A DNA stretch of 64,000 nucleotides from Candidatus Krumholzibacteriota bacterium (GCA_039714075.1 JBDLKA010000005.1:1-64000); one strand, 5' to 3'. Shown: positions 38,973 through 49,176, counted from the first letter of the stretch. The notes: generated from the letters alone by a model not told the origin. Program-made: numbers and translations.

Positions 38973-40160
38973 CTACGGTTTGCCCCCGGGCAGGGGAATG
39001 GCCAGGGCTCCGGATTTCTGATCGCGGCGCGTCGAGTCCGGCCATTTGACGGTCACCTGGTCGCCGGGAACCGGTGCCGGGCCGCCCCGCCTGTTTTCCA
39101 GAAGGACCAACCCGCGCTCCGAACAGCCGTACCGTCCCCGTTTGCCGTTCGGCAGATCGAATCCCTCCGAAACGACCCGGACCACGCTGCAGCCCTTGCC
39201 CGGGGTGCGGGCCGGACGAATACGCACCGGCGGGTTCTCACCCCGGGTCAGAAACAGGAAAGACAGACTTGCGCGATCCCTGGGCAGTTTGGCCTTGTGG
39301 CTGAGCCGGGACAACCAGGCAGGCGTATCACCGGCGGGAAACGTGAAATGGCACCAGGGCGTGTTGCGCCGGCCGGGCATGGGACAATCTTCGCCGTGCG
39401 GGCAGGGTGCGGGAATCCGCCAGCCCCGCTCCAGCGCGGTCTGGCGAATGCGTGACAGCGACCGGCCGGAGTCACGCACGCCGGATTCGACCAGCAGGAT
39501 CGCGCCGTCACGGGCCACCTGTCCCTCCCACCTTTCCAGCAGGCGGGTCTCGGCCGAAGCGAGGTCACCGCCCGCACCGCGGGCGCCGCGTCCACCGCGG
39601 GAACCGTGATCCATTTCGCTGATGAAGTTGGCCATAACCAGCAGGTCCGCGGGCCTGAATTTCTTCCGGCCGGCGGGCTGGTTGTCGGTCCTGACCTTCC
39701 AGGGTGTCCGCCCCGCCAGGGATCCGAAAAGTTTCCGGCCGACCTTCAGCGCGGGTTCGGAACGATCGACCGCCAGATAGTCCAGTTCCTGCTCCCGCAT
39801 ACCCGGCCGCGACAACCACAGGGCGTGCAGGAAGGTCAAGGGCCCCGCCCCCAGGTCGACGATGTGCGAACCCGGCTTGACGGCCAGGTCCATACCCGCC
39901 AGCAGGCGGCCCTGACGATAGATGTTCCAGGGCAGATTGTAGTGCAGATAAGCCGCCAGGAATTCGGGCCGGGTCATGTAGTCGCGGGGCAGGTTTTCCC
40001 GGTCGACGGTCAGGTAGTCCGACAGGCGGCGGATGCCGGCCGGAAGGGTGGCGCGGTGTTTGGTCTTCAGGGGGAAGGCATCCGCCAGGGCGTGGGGCAA
40101 CCCGGCCAGTCCATCGAGGAGTTCGGCTGAAGGCAGGGGAAAAAGGCCCGTATCCTTCAT
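38973..40160 (-). CDS. Rsm22/METTL17-like SAM-dependent methyltransferase
   Basis: AYLHYNLP, VDLGAGP, LLVESG and APCPHGEDCPM...WCHF. The start overlaps the hldD stop (ATGA). Confidence 0.8.
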   Translation of the reverse strand: MKDTGLFPLPSAELLDGLAGLPHALADAFPLKTKHRATLPAGIRRLSDYLTVDRENLPRDYMTRPEFLAAYLHYNLPWNIYRQGRLLAGMDLAVKPGSHIVDLGAGPLTFLHALWLSRPGMREQELDYLAVDRSEPALKVGRKLFGSLAGRTPWKVRTDNQPAGRKKFRPADLLVMANFISEMDHGSRGGRGARGAGGDLASAETRLLERWEGQVARDGAILLVESGVRDSGRSLSRIRQTALERGWRIPAPCPHGEDCPMPGRRNTPWCHFTFPAGDTPAWLSRLSHKAKLPRDRASLSFLFLTRGENPPVRIRPARTPGKGCSVVRVVSEGFDLPNGKRGRYGCSERGLVLLENRRGGPAPVPGDQVTVKWPDSTRRDQKSGALAIPLPGGKP

Positions 40161-41143
40161 GGAATCCGCGGACTCTCCAGGTGCCGGCCGGGCGCCAGGT
40201 GGTTCTGCACGTAATCGGCGACCGCGTCCTCGAGCACCGTCTGGGGCCGGTCGTACCCCGCGGCCGCAAGCTTGGCCATCCGGGCCTCGGTGTGGTACTG
40301 GTACTTGCCCTTGAGATGTCCGGGCATGGGGATGTACTCGATGGCGGGCTGGCGGTCCAGCGCCTTGAAGATGGCGCCAATCAGCCGGTTCCAGTCCTTG
40401 GCCTCGCCGCTGCCCACGTTGAAGATGCCGTTGGCCTGCGGGTTGTCCGCGAACCAGACCGTCATGTCCACGGCATCCTTCACGTAGACGAAATCCCGCT
40501 GCTGGCCGCCGTCGGGGTACTGCGGCCGGTCCGATTGGAAAAGTTTCACCTGACCGGTGGCGGTGATCTGTTCGAATCCCTTGCAGACCATGGACCGCAT
40601 GTCGCCCTTGTGCCACTCGTTGGGGCCGAAAACGTTGAAGTACTTCAGGCAGACGATGCGTTCGAGCAATCCCTCGGACCGCGCCCACATATCGAAGTCC
40701 TGCTTGGACTTGGCGTACAGGTTGAGGGGCTTCAATTCATCGAGCCGGGACTCGTCATCATCATAGCCCTGGTCCCCGTCGCCGTAGGTCGCGGCGCTGC
40801 TGGCGTTGATGAACCGCACGCCCGACTCCAGGCACAGAAGACAAAGCTTGCGTGTGTAGCCGAAGTTGTTCTCGTCGAGATAGGCCGCATCGGTTTCAGT
40901 GGTGCTGCTGCAGGCGCCCATGTGATAGAGGGTCTCCAGACCGTCGGCATTATCCGGATCGACCAGCCAGGCCAGGAACGCGTCCTTGGTCATGTACCGG
41001 TCGTAACGCAGCGGTTCCAGGTTGGCGTTGCCCGCATCAGTGGCGTGGACGTCGACCACGATGATGTCCTGCCGACCGGCCTGGTTCAGCTTCCACACGA
41101 TGTTGCTGCCGATGAACCCGGCGGCGCCCGTCACTGCAATCAC
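40157..41143 (-). CDS. hldD: ADP-L-glycero-D-manno-heptose 6-epimerase
   Basis: TGAAGFIGSN, HMGACSSTTE, ASSAATYG, PLNLYAKSK, KYFNVFGPNEWHKG. Confidence 0.96.
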   Translation of the reverse strand: MIAVTGAAGFIGSNIVWKLNQAGRQDIIVVDVHATDAGNANLEPLRYDRYMTKDAFLAWLVDPDNADGLETLYHMGACSSTTETDAAYLDENNFGYTRKLCLLCLESGVRFINASSAATYGDGDQGYDDDESRLDELKPLNLYAKSKQDFDMWARSEGLLERIVCLKYFNVFGPNEWHKGDMRSMVCKGFEQITATGQVKLFQSDRPQYPDGGQQRDFVYVKDAVDMTVWFADNPQANGIFNVGSGEAKDWNRLIGAIFKALDRQPAIEYIPMPGHLKGKYQYHTEARMAKLAAAGYDRPQTVLEDAVADYVQNHLAPGRHLESPRIP

Positions 41144-41176
41144 GGCAAACTCCCGTTTCCGAAGTATTCCTGAAGT

Positions 41177-42262
41177 CTAGAAGAACTTCTTGGCCAACCC
41201 CAGCGCCCCCTGCTTCCAGGGCACCCGGTGGGTCACGCCGTCACTCTCGGCGAACTCGTCCTGATGGGCCAGATACCACTCGAAGTTACGGATCAGGGCA
41301 TCCTTGTTCGAGTACTGCGGCGCGTAGCCCAGAATCCGCTTCGCCTTGTCGATGGAGACGAACGAGTCCTTGCTCGCGGTCTCGTACACCCATTTATACA
41401 ACGGCGACATGCCCAGTTTGTCGAGCAGGCGCAGGGCCCAGATCACCGGTTCGGCGGGGAACCCCTTGACCTTCCCGCCGTGGCCCGCGTAATCCAGGAC
41501 CGCCTGCCAGTCCTCTTTCATGGTCGTGTACTCGCCGGCGCCGATGTTGAACGTGTCGTTCACGATGCCGTCGTCCAGCGTGCTGCACAGCCAGATGGCC
41601 TGGCACAGGTCGCCGATGTCCAGCAGCTGGTACCGGTTGTCGCCCCGCCCGATCATGGGGAAGCCGCGGCCGTCCTGGGCCCAGTCGTACAGCAGGGCGA
41701 ACACGCCCAGGCGCTCGGGACCGATGAAGCTCTTGGGCCGGATGATCGGCACGATCATGCCCTGCTCCTGGAACTCGTGGCAGACTGTTTCCGCCTCGAC
41801 CTTGGCGTGCCCGTAGGGGCCGACGCCGTCCAACTGGTCGTCCTCCAGCAGGGGGTGATGGTCGGGAATGCCGTAGACCGCGGTGGAGGAAATATGGACG
41901 AACCGCCCCACTCCGTGCTCCTGCGCGGTTTTCAAAAGCAGCCGCGTGCCGTCGATGCCGGTGGTCACGATGTCATCGTGCGGATACAGCGGCAGGGCCA
42001 TGGCGCAGTGGATCACCAGGTCCACGCCCTCCATCGCCTTGGTCACCGCTTCAGGGTCGCGGATATCGCCCTTGACGATCTCGATGCGGTCCTGGCAGTC
42101 GGCATAGGTGAAATCGGCGAAATCCAGGGACCGGACGTTCACACCCTTGTCCAGCAGGAACCGGATGAGATTGATTCCCGTAAAGCCCGATCCACCGGTC
42201 ACCAGGACCCGGCGCCAGGCCGCCGGCTGATCGTTCACGCTGTTTCCTTCTTGAGCTGTCAC
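41177..42262 (-). CDS. NAD-dependent epimerase/dehydratase (extended SDR)
   Basis: TGGSGFTG, HISSTAVYG, YGHAK. Confidence 0.9.
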   Translation of the reverse strand: MTAQEGNSVNDQPAAWRRVLVTGGSGFTGINLIRFLLDKGVNVRSLDFADFTYADCQDRIEIVKGDIRDPEAVTKAMEGVDLVIHCAMALPLYPHDDIVTTGIDGTRLLLKTAQEHGVGRFVHISSTAVYGIPDHHPLLEDDQLDGVGPYGHAKVEAETVCHEFQEQGMIVPIIRPKSFIGPERLGVFALLYDWAQDGRGFPMIGRGDNRYQLLDIGDLCQAIWLCSTLDDGIVNDTFNIGAGEYTTMKEDWQAVLDYAGHGGKVKGFPAEPVIWALRLLDKLGMSPLYKWVYETASKDSFVSIDKAKRILGYAPQYSNKDALIRNFEWYLAHQDEFAESDGVTHRVPWKQGALGLAKKFF

Positions 42263-42290
42263 TTCACGTCTCCTGTGTAACTTGCTGTTT

Positions 42291-43550
42291 TTACTCGTTT
42301 TCCGAATCTTTCAACAAACCGGAAGTTTCTTCTTCCAGGAGGATCTCCCCTTCCCACAACTCGCCGCTCCGTTCGGCGCGAAACTGCAGCCGATCGCCTA
42401 CGTTGGCGTCATAGACCACCCGGTACAGGGTATCCAGGTTTTCCAGGGGAATGCCCTCGATCTCCCTGAAGATGTCGCCGGGCCGCAGCCCCGCCTTCCA
42501 GACCGGGGAGCCCTGCTGCACGGCCATGACCACCGCCCCCACCGGGTTGGTGAGCCTCATGTATTCCATGATGCCCGGGGAAAGTCTCTGCAGCGAAAAT
42601 CCCAGGTTGACCTGCCGGTAATGACCGTATTTCCGGATTTCCGCGACGACCCTCATGACGCGGGACACCGGCAGGGCGAAACCGATCCCCACACTGCCGC
42701 CGGAATCCGAAAAGATGAAGGTGTTGATGCCGACCACTTCACCCCGGGTATTGACCAGCGGCCCGCCGCTGTTGCCGGGATTGATGGCCGCGTCCGTCTG
42801 AATCATGCCGAGGTAGGCCCGCTCACCCTTGGTCTGGCGGATGTCCCGATTCAGGGCACTGATCACGCCCACGGTTACGGTCGGCTGGGTGTCGGCCAGG
42901 AGGTAGCCGTAGGGCGACCCGATGGCGATGACCCATTCCCCGATCTGCAGGGTCTCCTCGGCGGCAAGGCGTGCCACCGGCAGGTCCTTGGCCTGGATGC
43001 GCAGGACGGCCAGGTCGTAACGGTCGACTTCGTCAAGTTTGACGGCCTGGTACTGCCGGCCGTCCGACAGGGTCACGATGATCTGCACCGCACCGGCCAC
43101 CACGTGCTGGTTGGTGACGATCAGGCCGTCCTCCGAAACGATCAGACCCGACCCCATATTCTGAACGTTGCGAAAGTAGTTTCGCTTGGGAATGATGCCC
43201 ATCCGTTCCAGCATGGCCATCGAGGGATCCCGGACCGATTGCTGTTGCACCACGTTGATGCTGACCACCGCCGGGGCCACCTGGCGCGTGGCCCGGACAA
43301 TGGCGTTTCCCCGTTCATGCGAAAGATCCTCGAGAACGCTTCCCGGATCCCCGTTCGGGGATCCGACCGAATCAGCGTAAGTATCGCCGCTGACCGTCGC
43401 GGTCACCCCGTGGCCGTCCCGGCCGTTCGGATCGTCATCGGCACCGCGCAGGAAGGGGGAATCGGACCTGGTGGCGAGCAGAATCCCGCCCAAAGCCACT
43501 CCGGCAAGCAGTCCCAGTAAAACCCCGGTCCATGCGTTGCGGCCGCTCAT
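42291..43550 (-). CDS. HtrA/DegP-like serine protease with one PDZ domain
   Basis: N-terminal TM, TNQHV, DLAVL, QTDAAINPGNSGG and a C-terminal PDZ. Confidence 0.95.
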   Translation of the reverse strand: MSGRNAWTGVLLGLLAGVALGGILLATRSDSPFLRGADDDPNGRDGHGVTATVSGDTYADSVGSPNGDPGSVLEDLSHERGNAIVRATRQVAPAVVSINVVQQQSVRDPSMAMLERMGIIPKRNYFRNVQNMGSGLIVSEDGLIVTNQHVVAGAVQIIVTLSDGRQYQAVKLDEVDRYDLAVLRIQAKDLPVARLAAEETLQIGEWVIAIGSPYGYLLADTQPTVTVGVISALNRDIRQTKGERAYLGMIQTDAAINPGNSGGPLVNTRGEVVGINTFIFSDSGGSVGIGFALPVSRVMRVVAEIRKYGHYRQVNLGFSLQRLSPGIMEYMRLTNPVGAVVMAVQQGSPVWKAGLRPGDIFREIEGIPLENLDTLYRVVYDANVGDRLQFRAERSGELWEGEILLEEETSGLLKDSENE

Positions 43551-44203
43551 TACTTGCCGCCCTGCAACTTGTCCCAGTCGGCCATGAATCCGGCCAGGCC
43601 CTTGTCGGTCAGCGGATGGGCCACCAGTTTCCTGATCACCTCGGGCGGGATGGTGGCGATGTCGGCGCCCAGCAGGGCCGAATCCACCACGTGCAGGGGG
43701 TGGCGGACCGAGGCAACGATCACTTCGGTTTCATACCCGTAGTTCTCGTAGATGTCCACGACATCGCTGATCAGTTGCATGCCGTCCTCGCTGACATCGT
43801 CCAGGCGGCCGACGAAAGGCGACACGTAGGCCGCGCCGGCCTTGGCCACCAGCAGGGCCTGGCTCGTGGAAAACACCAGGGTGGCGTTGACCGGGATGCC
43901 CTCGGCGGCCAGGGCCGCGGTCGCTTTCAGACCTTCGTAGGTGGTGGGCACCTTGACCACGATATGTTCGCTGAGGGCCGCCAACCGCTTGCCCTCTTCG
44001 ATCATGCCGGCCGCGTCGAGGGCGGTCACTTCGCCGCTGACGGGACCCTGGACCACTTCGCAGATCTCTTTCAACACGCTGTCGGTATCGGTGTTGCCTT
44101 CCCGGGCCATGAGGCTCGGGTTGGTGGTCACCCCGTCACACATGCCCATGGCCTTGATTTCCTTGATGGCCTCGAGGTTGGCCGTGTCGATGAAGAATTT
44201 CAT
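43550..44203 (-). CDS. tal: Transaldolase (short Fsa/TalC type)
   Basis: FIDTAN, GVTTNPSL, VKVP, VNATL. Glu in GPVSGEV and Phe in SPFVGR point to transaldolase rather than FSA. Confidence 0.92.
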   Translation of the reverse strand: MKFFIDTANLEAIKEIKAMGMCDGVTTNPSLMAREGNTDTDSVLKEICEVVQGPVSGEVTALDAAGMIEEGKRLAALSEHIVVKVPTTYEGLKATAALAAEGIPVNATLVFSTSQALLVAKAGAAYVSPFVGRLDDVSEDGMQLISDVVDIYENYGYETEVIVASVRHPLHVVDSALLGADIATIPPEVIRKLVAHPLTDKGLAGFMADWDKLQGGK

Positions 44204-45000
44204 GGGGTCTCTCCTTGGGGAGGTGTGACTTGTTCAATGTAACCGGGGTCCATCAACCGTTCCGGATAAACAACTTCTTCGAGAAAAAGACCCCGGGCGG
44301 GCGCCATGCGGCCCGACGCGCTGCGGCTGCGGGCGGCCAGAATCCGGGGAATATCGTCGGCTTCCCGTTCGCCTCTTCCGATTTCCGCCAAGGCCCCCAT
44401 CATGTTGCGGACCATGTGGTGCAGGAACCGGTTGGCCCGGACGTGAAAGATAGCCGAATCATCCCCCCAATCAAAGGCGCAAAGGCCGACATCGCAGAGG
44501 TTGTGGTCCTCCTTGAGCGATTTGGCCTTGCAGAAGCTGCTGAAATCGTGGGATCCGACAAAGGCCGCGGCCGCCCGGTCCATGGCTGCCCGGTCCAGGG
44601 GCCGGAAGATGTACCAGCAGTGCGGGCGAAAGATATCCCGCACCTGGATGAGATTGTAACTGTAGCGCCTGGCGATGGCCGAGTGGCGGGCGTTGAAGGA
44701 AGGCGAGACGCGGCGGATGCCCTGGATGTCGATGTCGTCGGGCATCATGCGGGGAAGGGCCCCGATCACCCGGTCGACCTCGGCTGCGGTTTCCACCGTC
44801 AGGTGCGCGACCTGGCCCCGGGCATGAACGCCCGCGTCGGTCCGGCCCGCGGCCACGGGAATGGCGTCCCGGCCGAGCAGCCGGGTCAATTCATGACGCA
44901 TGTCGCCCTGGACCGAGCGGGCATCCGGCTGGATCTGCCAGCCATGGAAGGCCGTGCCCACATAGGCCAGGTCGATGCGCAACCTGAAAACCTCGTTCAC
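44200..45000 (-). CDS. truA: tRNA pseudouridine(38-40) synthase
   Basis: AYVGTAFHGWQ, AGRTDAGVHA, HDFSSF, FLHHMVR, APARGL. The GTG start overlaps the upstream stop. Confidence 0.96.
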   Translation of the reverse strand: MNEVFRLRIDLAYVGTAFHGWQIQPDARSVQGDMRHELTRLLGRDAIPVAAGRTDAGVHARGQVAHLTVETAAEVDRVIGALPRMMPDDIDIQGIRRVSPSFNARHSAIARRYSYNLIQVRDIFRPHCWYIFRPLDRAAMDRAAAAFVGSHDFSSFCKAKSLKEDHNLCDVGLCAFDWGDDSAIFHVRANRFLHHMVRNMMGALAEIGRGEREADDIPRILAARSRSASGRMAPARGLFLEEVVYPERLMDPGYIEQVTPPQGETP

Positions 45001-45803
45001 CGGACGACCTCCAGACCGCCATGGCTCAAATACCAGACCAGGGCCGCTGTCCAGATCCCCAGCAGCGCCAGCTGCGGAAAGGGCACCCCGCCGGAAATCC
45101 GGGTGTCGGGCCGGCGGTGGCGCAGGGACAGGGTCAGGGCTTCGGCCCTGCGGGCCAGGTTCTCCAGCAGGGGAACCACCACCCGCGCGCGGGCCACGGA
45201 TCTGCCGGCCCATCGTGTCAACCGGGACCGGACCGACAGGTTCCGACCGCCACCGGCGACGGAACGGCGCATGGTGACCACGGCTTCGATCCGGCGTCCC
45301 TCACCCAGCACGACCGGAGCGGTGCCCATGGCCACGGCCAGCATCAACCCCAGGTCGTCGGTGGGCAGGCCTGCCCGGCGGGCCGGACGCAGCCACCAGC
45401 CCACACCCAGAACCAGATCATCCAGCGGGGTCACGCGCAGATAAAGACCCAGACAGCCGACCGAACAGGCGACGCGCAGCAAAGCTTTGCCGGCGGCCAG
45501 CGCGCCGGCGGTCGAGGGGTGCCCCAAAGGTGCGGCCCACGTCGTGGTGAAGGTGTGCACGATGATCACCAACACGGCCACCGGAGCCCATGGTCTGAGG
45601 GCGGCCAGCTGCCCCCGCGGTCCCATTCCCGTCCAGGCAAGGGCCACCGTGAGGACCAGGGCCATGACCGCCAGGCCTGCCGGCGCGGCCGCCATGCAGG
45701 TCACCAGGGCCAGGACCGCCCCCGACAACCGGACGGCGGGATGGAGTCCGCTCAGCGGCGTGGTTTTCAATCCCGAGGGGGCGAATGAGGCTCCGTTGAT
45801 CAC
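44997..45803 (-). CDS. Energy-coupling factor transporter transmembrane component T (EcfT/CbiQ)
   Basis: LSGLHPAVRL start, about 5 TMs, coupling helices RIEAVVTMRR and PLLENLARRAEALTLSLR. GTGA overlap with asd. Confidence 0.75.
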   Translation of the reverse strand: MINGASFAPSGLKTTPLSGLHPAVRLSGAVLALVTCMAAAPAGLAVMALVLTVALAWTGMGPRGQLAALRPWAPVAVLVIIVHTFTTTWAAPLGHPSTAGALAAGKALLRVACSVGCLGLYLRVTPLDDLVLGVGWWLRPARRAGLPTDDLGLMLAVAMGTAPVVLGEGRRIEAVVTMRRSVAGGGRNLSVRSRLTRWAGRSVARARVVVPLLENLARRAEALTLSLRHRRPDTRISGGVPFPQLALLGIWTAALVWYLSHGGLEVVR

Positions 45804-46801
45804 AGCGCGGAATCTCCGGCCAAAAGACCGGCGATCTGGACGGCGTTCCAGGCGGCGCCCTTGAGCAGGTTGTCGGCGACCACCCACAGCAGAAGGGCGT
45901 GGGGATTGTCCGGATCCTTGCGCAGACGGCCGACATGGACCGTGGTTGAACCGGCGATTTCCAGCGGGGTAAGAAAACCGTGGGGATCGGGATCCACCTC
46001 GACGCCGGGCCATTCGGCCAGGGCGGCGGCCGCCGCCTTCAGGTCCACCGGCTTGTCACACACGAGCCGCACCGCGGCGCTGTGACCGGTTTCCACGGGA
46101 ACCCGGGTGGCGGTGCAGCTCACCGCCAGGTCGGCCGAACGGTCCAGGATCTTGCGCAATTCCCGGACGACCTTGGCTTCCTCTTCGAAGGACCCGTCGT
46201 CCAGCGCGGGGCCGATGGCGGGGATGGCGTTGCGGAAAACAGGACGACCGAATGGGCCGTCCGTGTTCGCCGCGTGGCCCTGCTCCTGGTTTTCCATTTC
46301 GGCAACGGCGGCCTGCCCGGCGCCGGAAACCGCCTGCAGGGTGGTGATGTGGGCTTCGGTGACGCCGAAAACACGATCCAGGGGAGCCACGGCCATGGCT
46401 ATCTGGATGGTGGAGCAATTGGGATTGGCGATGATGCCGCCGCTGCCAGCGGAACCCACAACCAGCTGACCGTTGATTTCAGGGACCACCAAAGGGACAC
46501 CAGCGGTCATTCTGAAGGCGGAGGAATTGTCCACGACCCAGGCCCCCGCCGCGGCGGCCACCGGACCCCAGGTCCTGCTGGCCTGACCACCGGCGCTGAA
46601 CAGCGCGACGTCCACACCCTCGAATCCGTCAGTCGTTACTTCCCGGCATTCCAGGGAGCGGCCGGCAAATTCCAAACTCGTTCCCGCGCCCCGGGAAGAA
46701 GACAGCAATACGGGATCACCCGTGACCCATGGGCGGTCCTCGATCAGCTTCAGCATCGTTCGGCCCACAAGACCGGTGGCGCCCAGAACCGCGACTTTCA
46801 T
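45800..46801 (-). CDS. asd: Aspartate-semialdehyde dehydrogenase
   Basis: VLGATGLVG, DNSSAFR, IIANPNCSTIQ, QAVSGAG, DNLLKGAAWNAVQI. Confidence 0.97.
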   Translation of the reverse strand: MKVAVLGATGLVGRTMLKLIEDRPWVTGDPVLLSSSRGAGTSLEFAGRSLECREVTTDGFEGVDVALFSAGGQASRTWGPVAAAAGAWVVDNSSAFRMTAGVPLVVPEINGQLVVGSAGSGGIIANPNCSTIQIAMAVAPLDRVFGVTEAHITTLQAVSGAGQAAVAEMENQEQGHAANTDGPFGRPVFRNAIPAIGPALDDGSFEEEAKVVRELRKILDRSADLAVSCTATRVPVETGHSAAVRLVCDKPVDLKAAAAALAEWPGVEVDPDPHGFLTPLEIAGSTTVHVGRLRKDPDNPHALLLWVVADNLLKGAAWNAVQIAGLLAGDSAL

Positions 46802-46953
46802 GGAATCTCTTCTTCCTGATTGGATAACCGTATTTGCGGGTCATGGTAACACCCCCGTTACGGGGGGTCAAAAGCGGTGATTGGCCCATCGGCAAAGCAA
46901 TGTTAATCTCATCCACGTGAATCATTCTGGAACATCAGAAACGGGGACGTGAA

Positions 46954-49176
46954 ATGAGCCGAAAATTCAAAACATCAACGGGAGTCCACCTGTTATTCCC
47001 CGTGGCCCTGGTATTCCTCGGCCTGGTCGTCATCCTGGCCGGCTGCCTCCCCGAACCCGACGATCGCCAGGACAAGCTGGCCGTCGTCGCCCGCTGGCAG
47101 GATCAGCGCCTGGCCCCCCTGGACTCGCTGGTCACCATGCTCACCGACGAGGATGCCCATGTCCGCCTGGCTTCCGTCAGGGCATCCGGCCTCATCGGGC
47201 GCGATGATGTCCTGCCCCAGATGGTCGCCGCGCTTGACGACCCCAGCGTCACCGTCCGCGCCGAGGCCGTCTGGAGTCTCGGCCTGCTGGGCAGTGACGA
47301 TGCCCTTCCCGCCATGGAAAATGCGGCCAAGGACCCCCGGCCGGTCATCCGCCAGGCTGCCCTGGCCGCCCTGGCCCATGTCCCCAACGACGGGCAGGCC
47401 CTGCTGGCGGCCGCCGTCCAGGGCGAGGCGGCCGAAGTCGCCCTGGCCTGGGATGGATTGCGCAACATGGCCGACCGTACGGACACCGAAAGCCTGGTGG
47501 CCGTCATCCGGGCGGCCCTGGCCCGGCCCGAAGCCGATGTCCGCTGGCGGGTCCTGCGGTGCGGGGAACTGGTCCCCGATCCGGCGCTGGCCGAACTGGC
47601 CGCACCCTTCGCCTCGGCCGACGAGACCCAGGTCCGGGTTCACGCCTACCGCTGCCTGGCGCGGCACGAGTCCCCGGTTTCTCTGAACGCCGTTCTGGAA
47701 GGATTCGAGAGCCACGAGGGATTTCGCGACAGGGACAACGCGCGCGTGACGATTGCCGGCTGCCGGGCCCTCGGGCGTTTGGGCGGCCTGGCCCTGGCCC
47801 CTGAAGGCGCCGCCGATCCCGGAAAAATCGCCGCGGTCCTGATCACCGCCGCGGGCAGCGGCGACCCCCATGTCGCCGAGACGGCCCTGGCGGCCATGGC
47901 CCGAATGGTTGCCGCCGCTCCCCTGCCCCCGGAAGCCGCCGACCAGGAAAGCCTGCTGCCTGTGTGGCGTATTCGCATGGCCCGCTCCGCGCGCTCCCAT
48001 CTGGACCGCCCCCATACCGGCGTCCGGGCCGCGGCATTGGCCGCCGCCGCCGCGGTGCGCGGAACCGGTTCCGCGGACGACCTGACCCGTTCCCTGGCGA
48101 CCGATGAATCGCCCCTCGTTCTGGCGGCGGGCCTGCGCGCGGTCAGCCGCCATCATCCCGATCCCGCCGCGCTGCTGGTCCATTTCGCGGAGATCGATTT
48201 CCCCACCGACTTCGGGGAATTCGCGCGCCCGGTGCTGCACAATGCCAGGGTGCGCGAAGCGGCCTATGAAGGTCTGGCCCACCTGCTGAAGGAAAGACCG
48301 GAACTGGTGCCGGATTCCTCGTCCGGCGCCCGCCTGGAAAGCCATCTTTATGCGGGTTTGGACGACAAGGATTTCGTGGTTGCCGCCAGCACGGCGGACC
48401 TGGTCGGCGACTTCCCCTGCTGCGGGTCCCTGAGCGCCCTGATCAGACTCTGGGATCGTGCGGCCGGGCCCGACCGGTTCGAATTGAGAAGGGGTGTTTT
48501 GGCGGGCCTGACCAAGATGCTGGATACCGAAAAAGGCACCTGGCAGGGCCCCGACAGTTTGAGAACGCAGGCGGCGGCGCTGCTGCGGCGGTCGTTCGAT
48601 TCCACCGATATCCGCCTCCGCCTGGAAGGCCGCCTGGCGGCCCTGGCGAGCGGCATCCTGCCTGACAATCTCATCCCCACCGAAGCCAGTCTCAAGGCCA
48701 CCCTGCCCGCCGTGGCGAGGAACCCCGGCCAACCCCCGGTGGCCGTCCCGTTCGACGCGCCCCGGGTGAGATGCGTCACGCCCCGGGGTGAGTTCGTCAT
48801 CGAACTGGATGGCCGGATCGCGCCCAACACCTGCGCCGTTTTCCTCGATCTGATCAAAAAGGGATACTACGACGACCTGACCTTCCACCGGGTCGTTCCC
48901 GATTTCGTGGCCCAGGGCGGGGATCCCCGCGGCGACGGGTGGGGCGGTCCGGGCTACACGATCCGCAGCGAGTGGAGCCGCGCCCGTTACGAAAGAGCCG
49001 CCGTGGGTATCGCCCACGACGGCAAGGACACCGGCGGCAGCCAGTTTTTCGTCACCCTGTCCGAACAGCCGCACCTGAACGGCCGCTACACCATTTTCGG
49101 CGCGGTGACCAAGGGCATGGAAGTCGTCGACGCGCTCGAGGTGGACGACCACTTCCGCTTCGAGATCCTGCCCTGA
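46954..49176 (+). CDS. Lipoprotein with HEAT repeats and a C-terminal cyclophilin-type PPIase
   Basis: Lipobox ILAGC, repeated LxDxxxxVRxxAxxxLG, then FHRVVPDFVAQGGD, GSQFF, HLNGRYTIFG. Confidence 0.9.
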   Translation: MSRKFKTSTGVHLLFPVALVFLGLVVILAGCLPEPDDRQDKLAVVARWQDQRLAPLDSLVTMLTDEDAHVRLASVRASGLIGRDDVLPQMVAALDDPSVTVRAEAVWSLGLLGSDDALPAMENAAKDPRPVIRQAALAALAHVPNDGQALLAAAVQGEAAEVALAWDGLRNMADRTDTESLVAVIRAALARPEADVRWRVLRCGELVPDPALAELAAPFASADETQVRVHAYRCLARHESPVSLNAVLEGFESHEGFRDRDNARVTIAGCRALGRLGGLALAPEGAADPGKIAAVLITAAGSGDPHVAETALAAMARMVAAAPLPPEAADQESLLPVWRIRMARSARSHLDRPHTGVRAAALAAAAAVRGTGSADDLTRSLATDESPLVLAAGLRAVSRHHPDPAALLVHFAEIDFPTDFGEFARPVLHNARVREAAYEGLAHLLKERPELVPDSSSGARLESHLYAGLDDKDFVVAASTADLVGDFPCCGSLSALIRLWDRAAGPDRFELRRGVLAGLTKMLDTEKGTWQGPDSLRTQAAALLRRSFDSTDIRLRLEGRLAALASGILPDNLIPTEASLKATLPAVARNPGQPPVAVPFDAPRVRCVTPRGEFVIELDGRIAPNTCAVFLDLIKKGYYDDLTFHRVVPDFVAQGGDPRGDGWGGPGYTIRSEWSRARYERAAVGIAHDGKDTGGSQFFVTLSEQPHLNGRYTIFGAVTKGMEVVDALEVDDHFRFEILP

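Noticed and set aside
38973..40688. 571-aa version of the Rsm22-like ORF, and other extended starts in the track (5763, 9048, 44200-45213, 50430-51521, 54438, 56792)
   Set aside because: The extensions overlap neighbouring genes or terminators. Downstream starts with an RBS or stop/start coupling fit better.
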